DNA from: Octopus vulgaris | Lineage: Eukaryota | Length of the DNA stretch: 64,000 nucleotides | Direction of reading: 5' to 3' | Assembly (NCBI GenBank): GCA_951406725.2 | Contig: OX597815.1 | Span: 133,672,001-133,736,000, forward strand | Part shown: positions 1 to 12,654 of the stretch, piece by piece | How the letters are laid out: the number at the start of each line of letters is the position of its first letter | How positions within the stretch are numbered: position 1 is the first letter of the stretch | Position numbers and translations under genes: made by a program | The notes under the pieces: generated by a model | Told to the model about the DNA's origin: nothing | Seen by the model: only the letters and a program-made list of their open reading frames with translations | Database searches by the model: none

Positions 1-837
1 AAGTAAGAAGGGATATAGTAACCATATTGGTTTACAACTGGCAAACAAAACAAAATAAGTGAGGGAATCTTTATGTTAACAAGGTAATAATAGGACAAGA
101 CATGGCTTAATGTAGAGTAATAACTATAATAAAATGAGGAGCTAATACACGGGGTAGCAAAAGGTATTTGTAGATAACAGCAGTTGCAAATGTTTCAATA
201 ACGAGCAAGTAAAGGCTAGTAAAGTAACTTCACAGAGATGACAGTATAAGGAGTGGATTTATTGATGGTGCTAATAAAAGCTAATCAGAGTAAATGGTTC
301 ATTTCAAATTTAACACACGGTGTTTGGTGGTCAATTGAAAAATGACTGATTCACCTACTGTATGTGTGTGTGTGTATACACACACACACATACATACATA
401 TATATGACAAGGCATAAGTACTGGTCATTAGTCCAGCATGGAACAGAGATGTTAACTCACAATGTATGTGTAAGAATGTGTGTATGTATGTGTGTACTCA
501 CACATACACACCTGTAATGCAGAAATGTGCTAAAAACAGATGGTTGTTAACCAAATAGAAGAGAGATGAAATGAAGTACAAACCAAAGGAAAGTGAAGGA
601 ATTATTTATGGTTCCTATCCACTAACTCCTATTTAACAAGTAGGTTTAGAATAAATGCACAAAGGTGAAAAATGAACAAGATGTGCTCCATGGGAATGCA
701 TAAAGAAATATGCAGCTTTGCTGATGTAAAATCATGGAAATAGGATGACTGAGATTTGCAAGGCTGCCCAAGATTGAATTTTGCAAACCTGAGCAAAGTT
801 GCTGGAAACTTGGGCAATATATACATACCCATATGTA

Positions 838-1009
838 TATATTGTTTCTCTCCTTGTTTTTTTTCTGTGAATCTTTCTGTCGAAGAGTGTAGGCTCGAAA
901 CGTAAAAGACTTTTTCTATTTCTATTCCTGAGCGCTATACTAATACATTTGTGTGTTTGTACTCCACCTGCCTTCGTCTTTTGTTTATTTTCGTAAACTT
1001 TCCCGTTAT
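838..1009 (+). mobile_element. Penelope-like pseudo-LTR fragment with hammerhead motif
   Basis: Contains TCTTT-CTGTCGA-A-GAGT-GTAG-GCTC-GAAA-CGTA-AAAGA at 872-909. Bases ~930-1000 match the reverse complement of ~58930-58992. Confidence 0.6.
872..909 (+). ncRNA. minimal type-I hammerhead ribozyme-like motif (core variant CUGUCGA)
   Basis: Stem I TCTTT/AAAGA, stem II GAGT/GCTC with one G-U pair, GAAA, palindromic ACGT stem III, GUA cleavage triplet. Confidence 0.55.
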
Positions 1010-1945
1010 AAGCTGTACCTCGAAATAAAGAGGTCAAATCCTATACACTATGGATCTCTATTGCAAGCAGACCTGGACACAATGCAGCAGTGGATCATGG
1101 ACTGGCAACTCAAGCTGGCTGTGGACAAATGTACCACCATGCATTTTGGGAGGAGAAACCCAGCGTCCACCTACTCCCTCCACAACACTAGTCTCAAAAA
1201 GTCTTCAAGTGAACGTGACCTGGGTGTTATTGTCGACAGTGATTTGCGTTGGACAAAACACATCGCTAAAATTGTCAAGAAGGCTGAGGGTGTCTTGGCA
1301 TCACTCACCAAATCCTTTGTGAGCCGCTCTCCGGCTATCTATCTGCGGCTTTATATAGCTATGGTAAGACCTCACCTGGAATTTGCATCACCGGTCTGGA
1401 ACCCCTATCTTGCCCAGGACATCAATCATCTGGAAGCTGTTCAGCGACGTGCAACCAAAAGAATACCCTATATCAGGCATTTGCCATATCCTGAACGCCT
1501 TACTTCCCTGGGCATGGACACATTGAAACTCCGACGTCTGGCAGCTGACTTGGCAGACACCCATAAAATTATCAACCATCGCACAAACAATAACTCTGAG
1601 CACCTCTTCAAACTCCACCTATCTAACACCCGTGGACATATTTACAAAGTAAGAAAACAGCACAGCTCCCATGACTTCAGGAAACATTTTTTCACGCTGA
1701 GAGTTGCTGAAGCATGGAACAAACTGCTGGCATCGGTTGTTAGTTGTTGGAGCACTGCATCCTTCAAGACTTCCATGCTTCCTGAGATTCACCAACACTA
1801 TACTTGATTTTCTCCCCTCCATACACACACAAGCATGTTCACTTTCCAGACATTTCTACATTACTGCATGTACTTTATATGCACTTTCTGACAAGTTGTG
1901 GTGCACCTGAGCACTGTATACAATAATTTCATTATTATTATTATT
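1010..1945 (+). mobile_element. 5'-truncated CR1/L2-group LINE: RT C-terminal region, 3'UTR and (ATT)n tail
   Basis: ORF 953-1807 contains LQADLDTMQQW, ERDLGVIVDSDL, LYIAMVRPHLEFASPVWNP, LEAVQRRATK and RKHFFTLRVAEAWNKL. The (ATT)n tail is at ~1931-1945. The first ~19 aa of the ORF are read-through from flanking DNA. A matching 3'UTR fragment is at ~11250-11305. Confidence 0.92.
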
Positions 1946-1996
1946 ATACATACCCATACATATGCCTACATACAAACACATACATATGCATGCATG

Positions 1997-2030
<34 letters not shown>

Positions 2031-2279
2031 TGTACATATGACTGCATAAATACACATGCATATGAAAACATACCTATACACATACATACATGTACTAATA
2101 GTTCATTGTACATCTCTCTAGAGTACCTTATTATATCATATATCTTGATTTTCACATCTGCTTTTCTGTGCTTGCATTGGTCAGATTTTGTTGAAGCAGA
2201 TTTTCTATAGTCAGATGCTCTTCCTGTCACCTACCTTTACTTGTTTTCAAGCAAAGTAATGCATGCATACATATATGCA

Positions 2280-2700
2280 TACATGCATGCATGCATACAT
2301 ACATACATACATACATACATACATACATACATACATACATACATACATACATTCATTCATTCATTCATTCATTCATTGGTACTCCATCACCTATGATGAG
2401 GAAGATTCCAATTGATCCGCTCAATGGAACAGACTGCTCATGAAATTAACGTGCAAGTGGCTGAGCACTCCACAGACACATGAATCCTTAGCATAGTTCT
2501 CAGGGAGATTCAGTGTGGCACAAAGTGTGAAAAGGCTGGCCCTTTGAAATACAGGTACTGCTCATTTTTGCCAGCTGAATGAACAGGAGCAATGTGAAAT
2601 AAAGTGTCTTGCTCAAGGACACAACATGCTGCCATGAATTGAACTAGTGACCTTACAATTGTGAGCCGAATACCCAGTCCACTAAGCCATGTACTTTCAC
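2280..2700 (-). mobile_element. degenerate tRNA-derived SINE with CORE-like middle and (ATGA)n/(ATGT)n tail
   Basis: Minus strand begins TGGCTTAGTGG (A box), then a B-box-like AGTTCAATTC, then GTGTCCTTGAGCAAGACACTT, and ends in tetranucleotide repeats. Confidence 0.6.
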
Positions 2701-2725
2701 ACATACAGAACCATGTACTAATATA

Positions 2726-2940
2726 TTGGTTTCAAATTTTGGCACAAGGCCAGCAGTTTTGGGAAAGGAGCTAAGTCAGTTACATCGACCCCAGTGCTCA
2801 ACTGGTACTTATTTTATTGACCCCAAGAGGATAAAAGACAAAGTCGACCTCGGCGGAATTTAAACTCCAAACGTGTAGACATATGAAATGCTTCTAAGTA
2901 TTTTGCCCAGCATGCTAACAGTACTGCCAGCTTGCTGCAT
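2726..2940 (-). mobile_element. SINE family B variant (degenerate)
   Basis: Contains GTCGACCTCGGCGGAATTT and GACCCCAGTGCTCAACTGGTACTT, shared with the 32657-32889 and 57429-57844 copies. Confidence 0.7.
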
Positions 2941-3074
2941 TTGTGCTAATATATTAACAGACCCATCAAAACCTTGTCAGCATGAAAAACTGATATCAAT
3001 GCAGTGATGGTTATCAGGTGTAGTCGTTTGAGGGTGGGGGAGGAATCTTGGTGATAACAATGATAAATACATAT

Positions 3075-3298
3075 TTACTCTTTTACTCTTTTACTTGTTT
3101 CAGTCATTTGACTGTGGCCATGCTGGAGCACTACCTTTAGTCGAGCAAATCGACCCCGGGACTTATTCTTTGTAAGCCCAGTACTTATTCTATTGGTCTC
3201 TTTTGCCGAACCGCTAAGTGACAGGGATGTAAACACACCAGCACCGGTTGTCAAGCAATGCTAGGGGGACAAACACAGACACACTAACACACACACAT

Positions 3299-3329
<31 letters not shown>

Positions 3330-3496
3330 CATATATACGACGGGCTTCTTTCAGTTTCTGTCTACCAAATCCACTCACAAGGCATTGGTCGGCCCGGGGC
3401 TATAGCAGAAGACACTTGCCCATGATGCCACGCACTGGGACTGAACCCGAAACCATGTGGTGGGTAAGCAAGCTACTTACCACACAGCCACTCCTG
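3075..3496 (-). mobile_element. tRNA-derived SINE family A, full length
   Basis: Near-identical reverse complement of 53087-53520, with A/B boxes, internal (TA)n(TG)n and a (GAGTAAAA)-type tail. Confidence 0.9.
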
Positions 3497-3873
3497 TACA
3501 CTTGTACATGTACATACATACACCCACATTTATAAGTATGTATAGACACTGAATTTCTGGAATTTTAATGTCATTTTAATATGTTTTATTATCCCAAATT
3601 TTTAATTATACCAGTGTTTTACAACTTTAAGTGTAAATTCCCTGTTTTTTGTATGTAACACTGATTCTTATATATTTATATATATTATATGATTTTTATC
3701 TATTTATATATATTATTACATTTTTATATATGTCGAATTTTATATCCGTTCTGTAGATATAAATGAATATATGAATATATGTATGTATTTGATCTTTGAG
3801 TGTGGATCTTAGTAATGTTCCTTTAGTTACTGCTCGCATTGCCTCCGCTCAAATTAAGAAGTAGACACTGAAT

Positions 3874-3883
3874 TGTGTATGTA

Positions 3884-3960
<77 letters not shown>

Positions 3961-3975
3961 CAGATAAGTAGAGAA

Positions 3976-4006
<31 letters not shown>

Positions 4007-4079
4007 GAGAGAAAGATAGAGAGAGAGAGAGAGAGAAAGAAAGACAGAGACTGAGAGAGAGAGACAGAGACTGAGAGAA

Positions 4080-4113
<34 letters not shown>

Positions 4114-4140
4114 TGAGAGACAGACAGACAGACAAACAGA
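3874..4140. repeat. compound (GT)n/(GA)n microsatellite
   Basis: Seen directly. Confidence 0.95.
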
Positions 4141-4534
4141 CCGACAGTAAAAAGACATAGAGATGACAAGAGGAGGAAACGAGAAGGAAATCACCAAGAG
4201 GAGAGTAAAATTGAATAAAAGCACAAATAAACAGCTATGGTCTGAATTACTGCAACAAGAACAATAATAACCAGAGGAGTGAGGGAGGTTTATTTCATTT
4301 GGTGGATTATCTGTAGTTTAGTGGTAAGGCTAGTGATTGAAACACAAGAGAGAGGCAAGATAAAGCAGGTGAGGAAGAGAGAGAGAAGGAGACTATAGGG
4401 GTTAGTCTGGATTAAATTTTAGGGGATTTACTTGGGTATTAGAATGATGTGACTGGTGAATTTTGTGTTGCTTAGTGACAAAGTAAGATGATGTGAGACA
4501 TGAATGTTATCAGATTAGAGGAAAGGAGAGGAGA

Positions 4535-4590
<56 letters not shown>

Positions 4591-4924
4591 TATAAAAGGT
4601 GAGAAATGATAAGAGAGTAATAAAGAAACTTAACTGGATAAAGGAATAAAATGGGAGTGTAACAGCTGACACTCCCCTCACACACACATGAAGCTTTAAC
4701 ACTCTCAGAGCACAATATTTTGTTTATCTGTTTGTATGTTTTTGTTGTGTGTGTTTATGTTGTGTGTGAGTGCATTGTATCTGTGTGTGTGTATGTACAT
4801 GCATGTATCATGTATAGTCCACTATACAGAATACATTTATGAACATCATAAATGTAAAGTCTAATGGCATGTTCAGAAGAATTCAGATACAAATACAATT
4901 TTCATATAAAAGAAATAACCAAAA

Positions 4925-5130
4925 AGGTTAAAATGTAACCTCGTGTGTACCGTTGGCGATTTTTTTTTCCTCTGTCTTCCCTTCTCTGGATCTTTCCTTT
5001 TCCTATGTTTCCGACGAAGAGCTCCGCTCAAAACATTAAACCCTCCTTCTTTCCTGAGCGTCCAATAATACTATATTTGTTCCACGTCCTCGTGTTGTGT
5101 TTTTTTGTGCTTTCTTGTTTGGATAAACTT
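4925..5130 (+). mobile_element. Penelope-like pLTR fragment with degenerate hammerhead motif (5007-5041), ending in (TA)n
   Basis: GTTT-CCGACGA-A-GAGC-TCC-GCTC-AAAA-CATTA-AAC has the same layout as 872-909, with GAAA changed to AAAA. Confidence 0.5.
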
Positions 5131-5152
5131 TATATATATATATATATATATA

Positions 5153-5560
5153 AATAAGAGATAATGGTGTCATTGAGACCCAAAGGTATCAGGTAATGCT
5201 GGATAAGTGCTATAGACAGACCATAGTTAAGTTCCAGATTCGGTAATTTTGTGAATAAGGAGTTCAATGTTGGTTCTATGTCATAGGGTATTGGAATATT
5301 ACATATATACCATTTTGCCTAAAAAATGGATCTACAACTTCAATATCTCCACATATCTTACATCTATTTTTTTTCCTCCACCTCACTCTCTATTTTGTAT
5401 CACATCTAAACTACCTATGACTTAACCATCCTCTCACACCGTCTCCGATGAAGGGATATAATTAATAAATATCCTGGAAACAGCTGTAAGACCTTCTATC
5501 TATAAATGTTCTAATATCTACACAGCCTCGGTTTTTTATCTCATTACACAAAAAATTCTT
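5153..5560 (+). mobile_element. Penelope-like pLTR fragment between two (TA)n tracts
   Basis: Flanked by (TA)n on both sides and carries the hammerhead motif at 5441-5492. Confidence 0.6.
5441..5492 (+). ncRNA. minimal type-I hammerhead ribozyme-like motif (core CCGAUGA)
   Basis: Stem I GTCT/AGAC, core CCGATGA, stem II GGGATAT/ATATCCT, GAAA, palindromic CAGCTG, GUA triplet. Confidence 0.65.
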
Positions 5561-5574
5561 ATATATATATATAG

Positions 5575-6000
5575 ACAATGACAAGAGAGTGAGACCTTTG
5601 GAGATATGCTGTGATTGAGAAGACCTGGCAAGTAAAGTGAGATCACAGCCATAGCCTATACCAGTGTCACATAACCAGCCCATTTAAAAATACCCTTGAA
5701 TCATTGGGTGATATGCTGCGCTTGAGAAGACCTATTGAGTCAAGTAAAATCAAAATCAAAATGGAAATTGTAGTTGTGGCTGATGCCAGTGCCACCTGAC
5801 TGGCACCTGTACTGGTGGCATGTAATAAGCACCATTCAAGCGTGGGTCAATGCCAGTGCTGCCTGACTGGGTCCCATGTCAGTGGCACGTAAAAAGCACC
5901 ATCCGAACATGGTTGATGCCAGTCCTCCACCAACTGGCTCTTGTGCCGGTGGCACATAAAAAGCACCCACTACACTCTCAGAGTTATTGGCATTAGGAAA
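5575..6000 (+). mobile_element. 3' region of an RTE-type element with three ~67-bp internal tandem units
   Basis: Three copies of (g)atgccagt..actgg..gtggcacgtaaaaagcacc at ~5780-5968. Homologous in reverse orientation to 16634-16997 and 23388-23626. Confidence 0.6.
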
Positions 6001-6367
6001 AGACAGTTTGATTGCAAGGCAACAAGACAGTAACATTGATTTGTTTCTGTCTCACTAAGCATCATCAGCACAGCAGTTGTTCAATTTATCTCCAGCTGAT
6101 GGGACACATATATAAAAACAAAAAGAGTTGAATACATATATGGCCTCTGTAAATTTTATAAATGAAATGAAAATGAGTTATATTGCATGTGTGTGTGTGT
6201 GCATGTGAAAGAGAGATAGATTGTGTATTGCTTGCTTAGTGATAGGATCAGTCAAAATGTACTTGATCCAATGAAAGATGAATATCACTTAATGAATGCA
6301 AGATTCCTCTGTGAGTTACTTTGAGTTTCATCCTGAAATAGTGCAGTAATCAGAGCTTGCATAGTGT

Positions 6368-6781
6368 ATTACTCTTTTACTTGTTTCAGTCAACTGACTG
6401 CAGCCATGCTGGAGCACTGCCTTAAATGGGTTTTAGTCGAAGAAATCAACCCCAGGACTTATTCTTTGTAAGCTTAGTACTTATTCTATTGGTTTCTTTT
6501 GCTGAACTGCTATGTTATGGGGTCATAAACACACCAACATCAGTTGTCAAGCGATGGTGGGGGGAGGAGAAACACAGACATGAAGACACATGCATAAATA
6601 TATACATGTATATATATGATGGGCTTCTTTCAGTTTCCACCTACCAAATCCACTCACAAGGCTTTGGTCAGCCTGAGGCTATAGTAGAAGGTACTTATCC
6701 AAATTGTCACACAGTGGGACTGAACCCAAAACCATATGGTTGGGAAGCAAGCTTCTTACCACACAGCCACATTTGTGCCTA
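6368..6781 (-). mobile_element. SINE family A, diverged full-length copy
   Basis: Aligns by eye to 3075-3496. Confidence 0.85.
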
Positions 6782-7177
6782 TGTACAATCAGTAGTCATT
6801 CAGGCACCTGAACAATTGTTAGATTGTACATGATATGCTATACAAGCCTGTCTGATCACTGCACTATGTAAGCATGAAACTTTAAGTGGCTCATGTATCA
6901 CTCCTGTATTCATTTACTGAATACACTTATAACGAATTTAGGATTAGATTATTATTCAGTCTGTATTTCACTTCTTTAAGACAGTAGAATATGATCCTTT
7001 TAAGATTTAACTATTTCTAGCAGGATGAGTGACCACAGAGAAGCTCTCTCTCATCATTGACCCATCATCAATGCCCCATCACTGTATCAACTATTTAATA
7101 TGTCATCAATGACCCTTTGTATCAATCATAAATTATATCAACTATGTAATATATCATCACTAATCCATCATTTAACA

Positions 7178-7615
7178 CAGGGGTTCTCAACCACTTTTTA
7201 CTTATGAACCCATTTGATTTCTATAAAGCCATTCATGTTTAAAAACTAGTTTTATAGAAACTTCTTTCAAAATACCTGCTTTGTTTTTCACACATTAACT
7301 TGTGTAGGTTGGACTATGTAAAACATTAGAGAAATAAACCTAGCTGTTTCTTGCAATACATAACCAATACATCATCATCATCATCATTTAACATCCGCTT
7401 TTCATGCTAGCATGGGTTGGACGATTTGACTGAGGGCTGGCGAACCAGATGGCTGCACCAGGCTTCAATCTTGATCTAGCAGAGTTTAAAGCAAAACTTT
7501 TTCAGGGCCCCTTAAAATACTATTGCGGATCCCCAATTTACTATTGTGTTGCAAGAACCCCAAAGATCTTATATGGACCCTCAGGGACTAAATGGATCCT
7601 AGTTGAGAAGCACTG
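7178..7615. mobile_element. hAT-type MITE with 8-bp TSD and a nested RTE-type tail fragment (~7368-7485)
   Basis: TIRs CAGGGGTTCTCAAC / GTTGAGAAGCACTG; TSD ATTTAACA at 7170-7177 and 7616-7623. Confidence 0.88.
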
Positions 7616-8713
7616 ATTTAACATCTGGTTTCCATGCTAGCATGGGTTGGATGATTTGACAAGATCTGATAATCAAAGAACTGTGACATGCACCAATGTC
7701 TACTTTGGCATGATTTATACAGCCAGATGCCCTTCCTAAAGCCAACCACTTTACAGAGTGTACTGGGTGCTTTTCTCATGGTACCAGCACTAATGATGAT
7801 TTCCTCTTAACTTGCAAAGAAAGGGACTAAAGTGGGCTCTGTAATTCATAAATGACTCCCTATGTCAGCTACACAGTATACCATCAATGACCCACTATAT
7901 CAAATATATATAAAGTGGGAATCATTTAAAGTTTACTCAACCTACAAGAAATAGCAGTTAAATCTCCCTCAAATCATGCCCTACCAGCTAAAATGATACC
8001 ACATAAGACAATGTAGTTGTACATACAGCATGAATAAAAAAAGATGTATTCATCTATGACGAAACACCTTTGATCAAAACTCCACATGAGTATAGTAGAC
8101 CTGGAGCTAAGCAATAACCACAATGTTGTCAGTTGCATATGACTCATCACATCGATCCAATATATTCTAATGCAATCATACACGCTAGACTTAGTTTGCT
8201 GCAATACCAATTGTTATTGTCCAAAGATCAATAATATATTGGTATCTTGATCCCGGGGAAAAAATAAGCAATTACTACATACAAGCTGGATTTGAACTCC
8301 TGCCTCCAATTCTGGCACCAAGACAAAATTAAACTGTATAAAGTGGTATTATGTAAAAGGAACATATGAAGAGTGAATATTAATCTCAAAGAAGACACAT
8401 ACATGCACATAAAATGCATCTTGCACATACATACAAATGCAGTTGTACGTTCAGATACACAAATACATACACACACACACACACACACATCTTTACACTT
8501 ATTCATAAACATTAATGCATACACATTAACACATACATGCAAACTTAATCACATACATACACTCCAAGGGCAATCTTGAATCATTGAACTTTTTCCACAA
8601 TGTTCAACTCCCTTTCCCTCTTTAATAGTCTTTGATCCTTGGAACTTAGAACAGCTTCCAACCAAATCTCCCTTTAAATATCCTGTTGCATTCTCAAACT
8701 TCTGATATGTCTT

Positions 8714-8736
8714 GTGGTTGATGATGATGATGGTGT

Positions 8737-8780
<44 letters not shown>

Positions 8781-9170
8781 TTAATGAAGATGGTGATGAT
8801 GATGGTGATGATGATGATGATGATGATGATGATGGTGGTGATGATGATGATGATGATGAAGATAGTGATGAGATGGTGACAGTGGGGGTTGTGGCTATGC
8901 TGGATGAGGATGTGATGCTGATAAAGATGATGACAGACATGACTGACAAAAATGATGATGATGGTAATAAAATGGACAAATTTGATGATGATGAAGGTGG
9001 TGCTGGTGGTAGTGGTGTCACAAAGATTAAGATGATGGGGGATGCTGGTTGTAGAGGTGTTATGAAGATGATGGTGATCATGATGCTTATCATGTTGGTG
9101 ACATTAATAGTGACAATACCATTGCTACCATTATTGATAATGATGGTTGTGTTGGTGGTGATGATGATGA
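8714..9170. repeat. (GAT/GGT)n trinucleotide low-complexity tract
   Basis: Seen directly; it generates the poly-D and poly-S ORFs. Confidence 0.85.
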
Positions 9171-10016
9171 TAAAACACTTATATTGCTACATTTTCCTAC
9201 CATAAACACTTTTCCATCATAAAATGCAGCAACAGTTTTTATAGTATTTAATTCTCTCTTGAAGAAGGTTTTTTTTATCATTTTTTTTTTCACAAAAACT
9301 AAATATTTTAATTCTTCAAATTATTTTTTTTCCTGCGATTTCCTTCCTACAAATATCTTTCTTAACTTCCAACAAAAATCCAATGCTTCAACAAAATAAA
9401 AAAAAAACCCTCAAAATCATAAACTACCACCATTAACCACTCACCACCATATACACCATTAACACTTAAGGCATCACCCAAACACATCACCACCCCACTC
9501 ATCATCACATTCACCTTTCAGAGTGGCACACACCACCATCAACACATACATCACCATCACCAGTAACTTCACTATCAGCACCACTTTCTAACTCTGCATC
9601 TACTCACCCCACCCCCACCCCCATCACCACTACCACCACCGCCGCCGCTGCCACCACCACCACCACCACCATCACCACCACCGCCACCACCACCAGTTTC
9701 ATTATCACCACCTGTATCTTTCACCACACACCACTTGGTACACCTCACCATCACCACCATCATTTACTCCCGTATTCGTTCATCCTTACACTCCAGGAGA
9801 GCCACAACACTTCATGGCTACAAAAACAATAAAATATGGAACCTGAAATATAAAACCTTCCCCCCCTCTCTCTCTCTCTCTCTCTTATGCAGTATCTATC
9901 ACTGCATGTCTTAATTAATCCACACTTAGTCTATATTAGAGAAGCCCACCCAGTTTAAGGACCATGCTGAAGATTGGGTTATTCAACCAGAACAGGGAGA
10001 GAGTTGAAATAGAGAT

Positions 10017-10088
<72 letters not shown>

Positions 10089-10221
10089 CAGTAGAGAGTA
10101 AGGAGGGAGTAAAGAGAGGAGAGGCTGAAATATAAGGAGAGAGGGAGATGAGAGTAGAGAAGGAGCTAAAGGATAAAGAAAGAGAGTGACAGAAACACAC
10201 ACAGAAACAGTGTGTGTATGT

Positions 10222-10265
<44 letters not shown>

Positions 10266-10375
10266 AAGAGGGTGACTCATGATTTCAAATAACCTGGTTC
10301 TACATCATAAATAACAATGCACTAAACTTCAAAGTGCATGTGTGAATGTGTGTGTATGAATAATATATATATATG

Positions 10376-10418
<43 letters not shown>

Positions 10419-10641
10419 ATATGTATATAAATTAATGTATGTGTAAATGTATTGCATGCTATGAAAATAATCATGAACATTATATTAATATAAACATATA
10501 TATACAAACTCTTTAGATATACATATGTTGATACACACATGTATGTATAAACATTATATAGAGTAAATTATATAGTAGAAATATAAAAACATAATGTTAT
10601 ATATGGCAAAAACATAATGTAATATATATCTTTGTGTCTAC

Positions 10642-10724
<83 letters not shown>

Positions 10725-11703
10725 TGTAATGAAAACATAAGTTAATGTTTCTTCCATTAGTTTCAATCATACATATTCCAGTTGTTCAATCAACTAAACA
10801 CTACTAGCTCATTCTATGAGGATGTTGAGTGACAAGTAATACAAATATTTATATTTCTAATGAAATCCATAGGTAGAATCAACAGTAGACATGTGTGAAA
10901 AGGCTGAACCCTTATGAACCACAGCTACAGTCTAGCTGACAGGTTTCCTCTCAGTTTCCATCTACCAAATTTCACACATGAAGTTAGGTTGACAATTGAC
11001 GGAAGATACCTGCCCAAGATATCATGCAGTAGGATCAAATTTGAGACCCCCATTATAACTTAGTTAATTCTTAGCCACTCTAAAGAGAAAACAGATGGAC
11101 AGAGAAATGGACATAACATACATACTATGATGTATTTCAAAATAAACTCAGATTTTAACTAACATTGTATACATTTAACTTCACTTTTGGCTTTTGTTGT
11201 TGTCCTTTACTAGACCAATATGTCTGCTTTCTGTCTCATCTTTTAACCTTTTTCTGACAAGTTGTAAGGCACCTGAGTACTGTATACAATAAGCTCATTG
11301 TTATTAAGGTAGTGAGTTAGCCCAAAACAAAATGCTTTGTGGCATTTCCTATGACTTTACATTCTAAGTTCAAGTTCTGCCAAAGTCAACTATGCCTTTC
11401 ATCTTTTCAGGATTGATAAAGTAAATACTGGTTGAGCAGCATGGAGTCAGTGTTATCAACTAGAGCCTATCTCCAAAATTTCAAGTCATGTGCCACAGCC
11501 AGCAGAATCATTAGTACACCAGGCAAAATGCTGAGCAGTATTTTGTTCGTCTTCACATTCAGAGTTCAAATTCCACTTTGACTTTCATCCTTTCAGGGTC
11601 AGAAAAATAAGGACCAGTTGAACATTGGGGTTGATACAATCGACTTAACCCTCCCCCAAATTGCTGGCCTTGTGCCAAAGTTTGAAACCATTATTATTAA
11701 ATA

Positions 11704-11920
11704 TACTCTTTCTCTCTTTTACTCTTTTACTTGTTTCAGTCATTTGACTGCGGCTATGCTGGAGCACCGCCTTTAGTCGAGCAAATCGACCCTGAGACTT
11801 ATTCTTTGTAAGCCCAGTACTTATACTATCGGTCTCTTTTGCCGAACCGCTAAGTGACGGGGACGTAAACACACCAGCATCTGTTGGCAAGCAATGCTAG
11901 GGGGACAAACACACACACAT

Positions 11921-11975
<55 letters not shown>

Positions 11976-12140
11976 CGACAGGCTTCTTTCAGTTTCCGTC
12001 TACCAAATCCACTCACAAGGCATTGGTCGGCCCGGGGCTATAGCAGAAGACACTTGTCCAAGATGCCACACAGTGGGACTGAACCCGGAACCATGTGGTT
12101 GGTTAGCAAGCTACTTACCACACAGCCATTCCTGCGCCTA
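11704..12140 (-). mobile_element. SINE family A, young full-length copy
   Basis: Near-identical to 3075-3496 and 53087-53520, with CpGs retained. Confidence 0.9.
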
Positions 12141-12654
12141 CATAACTGCAGTTTTAATAAATCTCATTGTAGACAGAAAAAGAGGGTTCAGCTGAACCAG
12201 TTCTAATCAGTCAAAATAACATTTCTGTATAGTTTCTGCCTACCAGTTTCCTTCAGGCAAGGGTTGGTGACAGGAAAGGCATCCACCCATAAAATATCTG
12301 TCTTAATGACTTGGAAGCATGTACTAATTCTTTTAGGTGCCGACATAGTCATGAGAAGACATAGACACTCTCACAACCTGTCCACTACTGACCCAGTAAA
12401 ACACTGAGGATGTGACAGGTGGAGGGAGAGGGGTCTTGGTTGGTACTCATTTTCAGCTGAGTTGATTGGAGTAGCATGTCGTATGAAATACCTTACTCAA
12501 AGGCACAATCAGCCTCCCTTTCCAGGAATTGAACCCACAACCTCTATGATTGTGAGCTTATCACCTTAACCCTAGACTGTGCACTTTCATCTATATATCT
12601 TTTTTTACTAGTTAGATGGTGGCCATGCTGGAGGCTGCCTTGAAGGGTTTAGCT

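Noticed and set aside
953-1009. N-terminus of the 284-aa ORF as a real start
   Set aside because: Non-ATG start in unrelated flanking element sequence; the LINE is 5'-truncated at ~1010.
8674-9205. Asp-rich (163 aa) and Ser-rich (139 aa) ORFs as acidic or biomineral-type proteins
   Set aside because: They arise from a (GAT)n tract that stays open on both strands; there is no domain or splice support.
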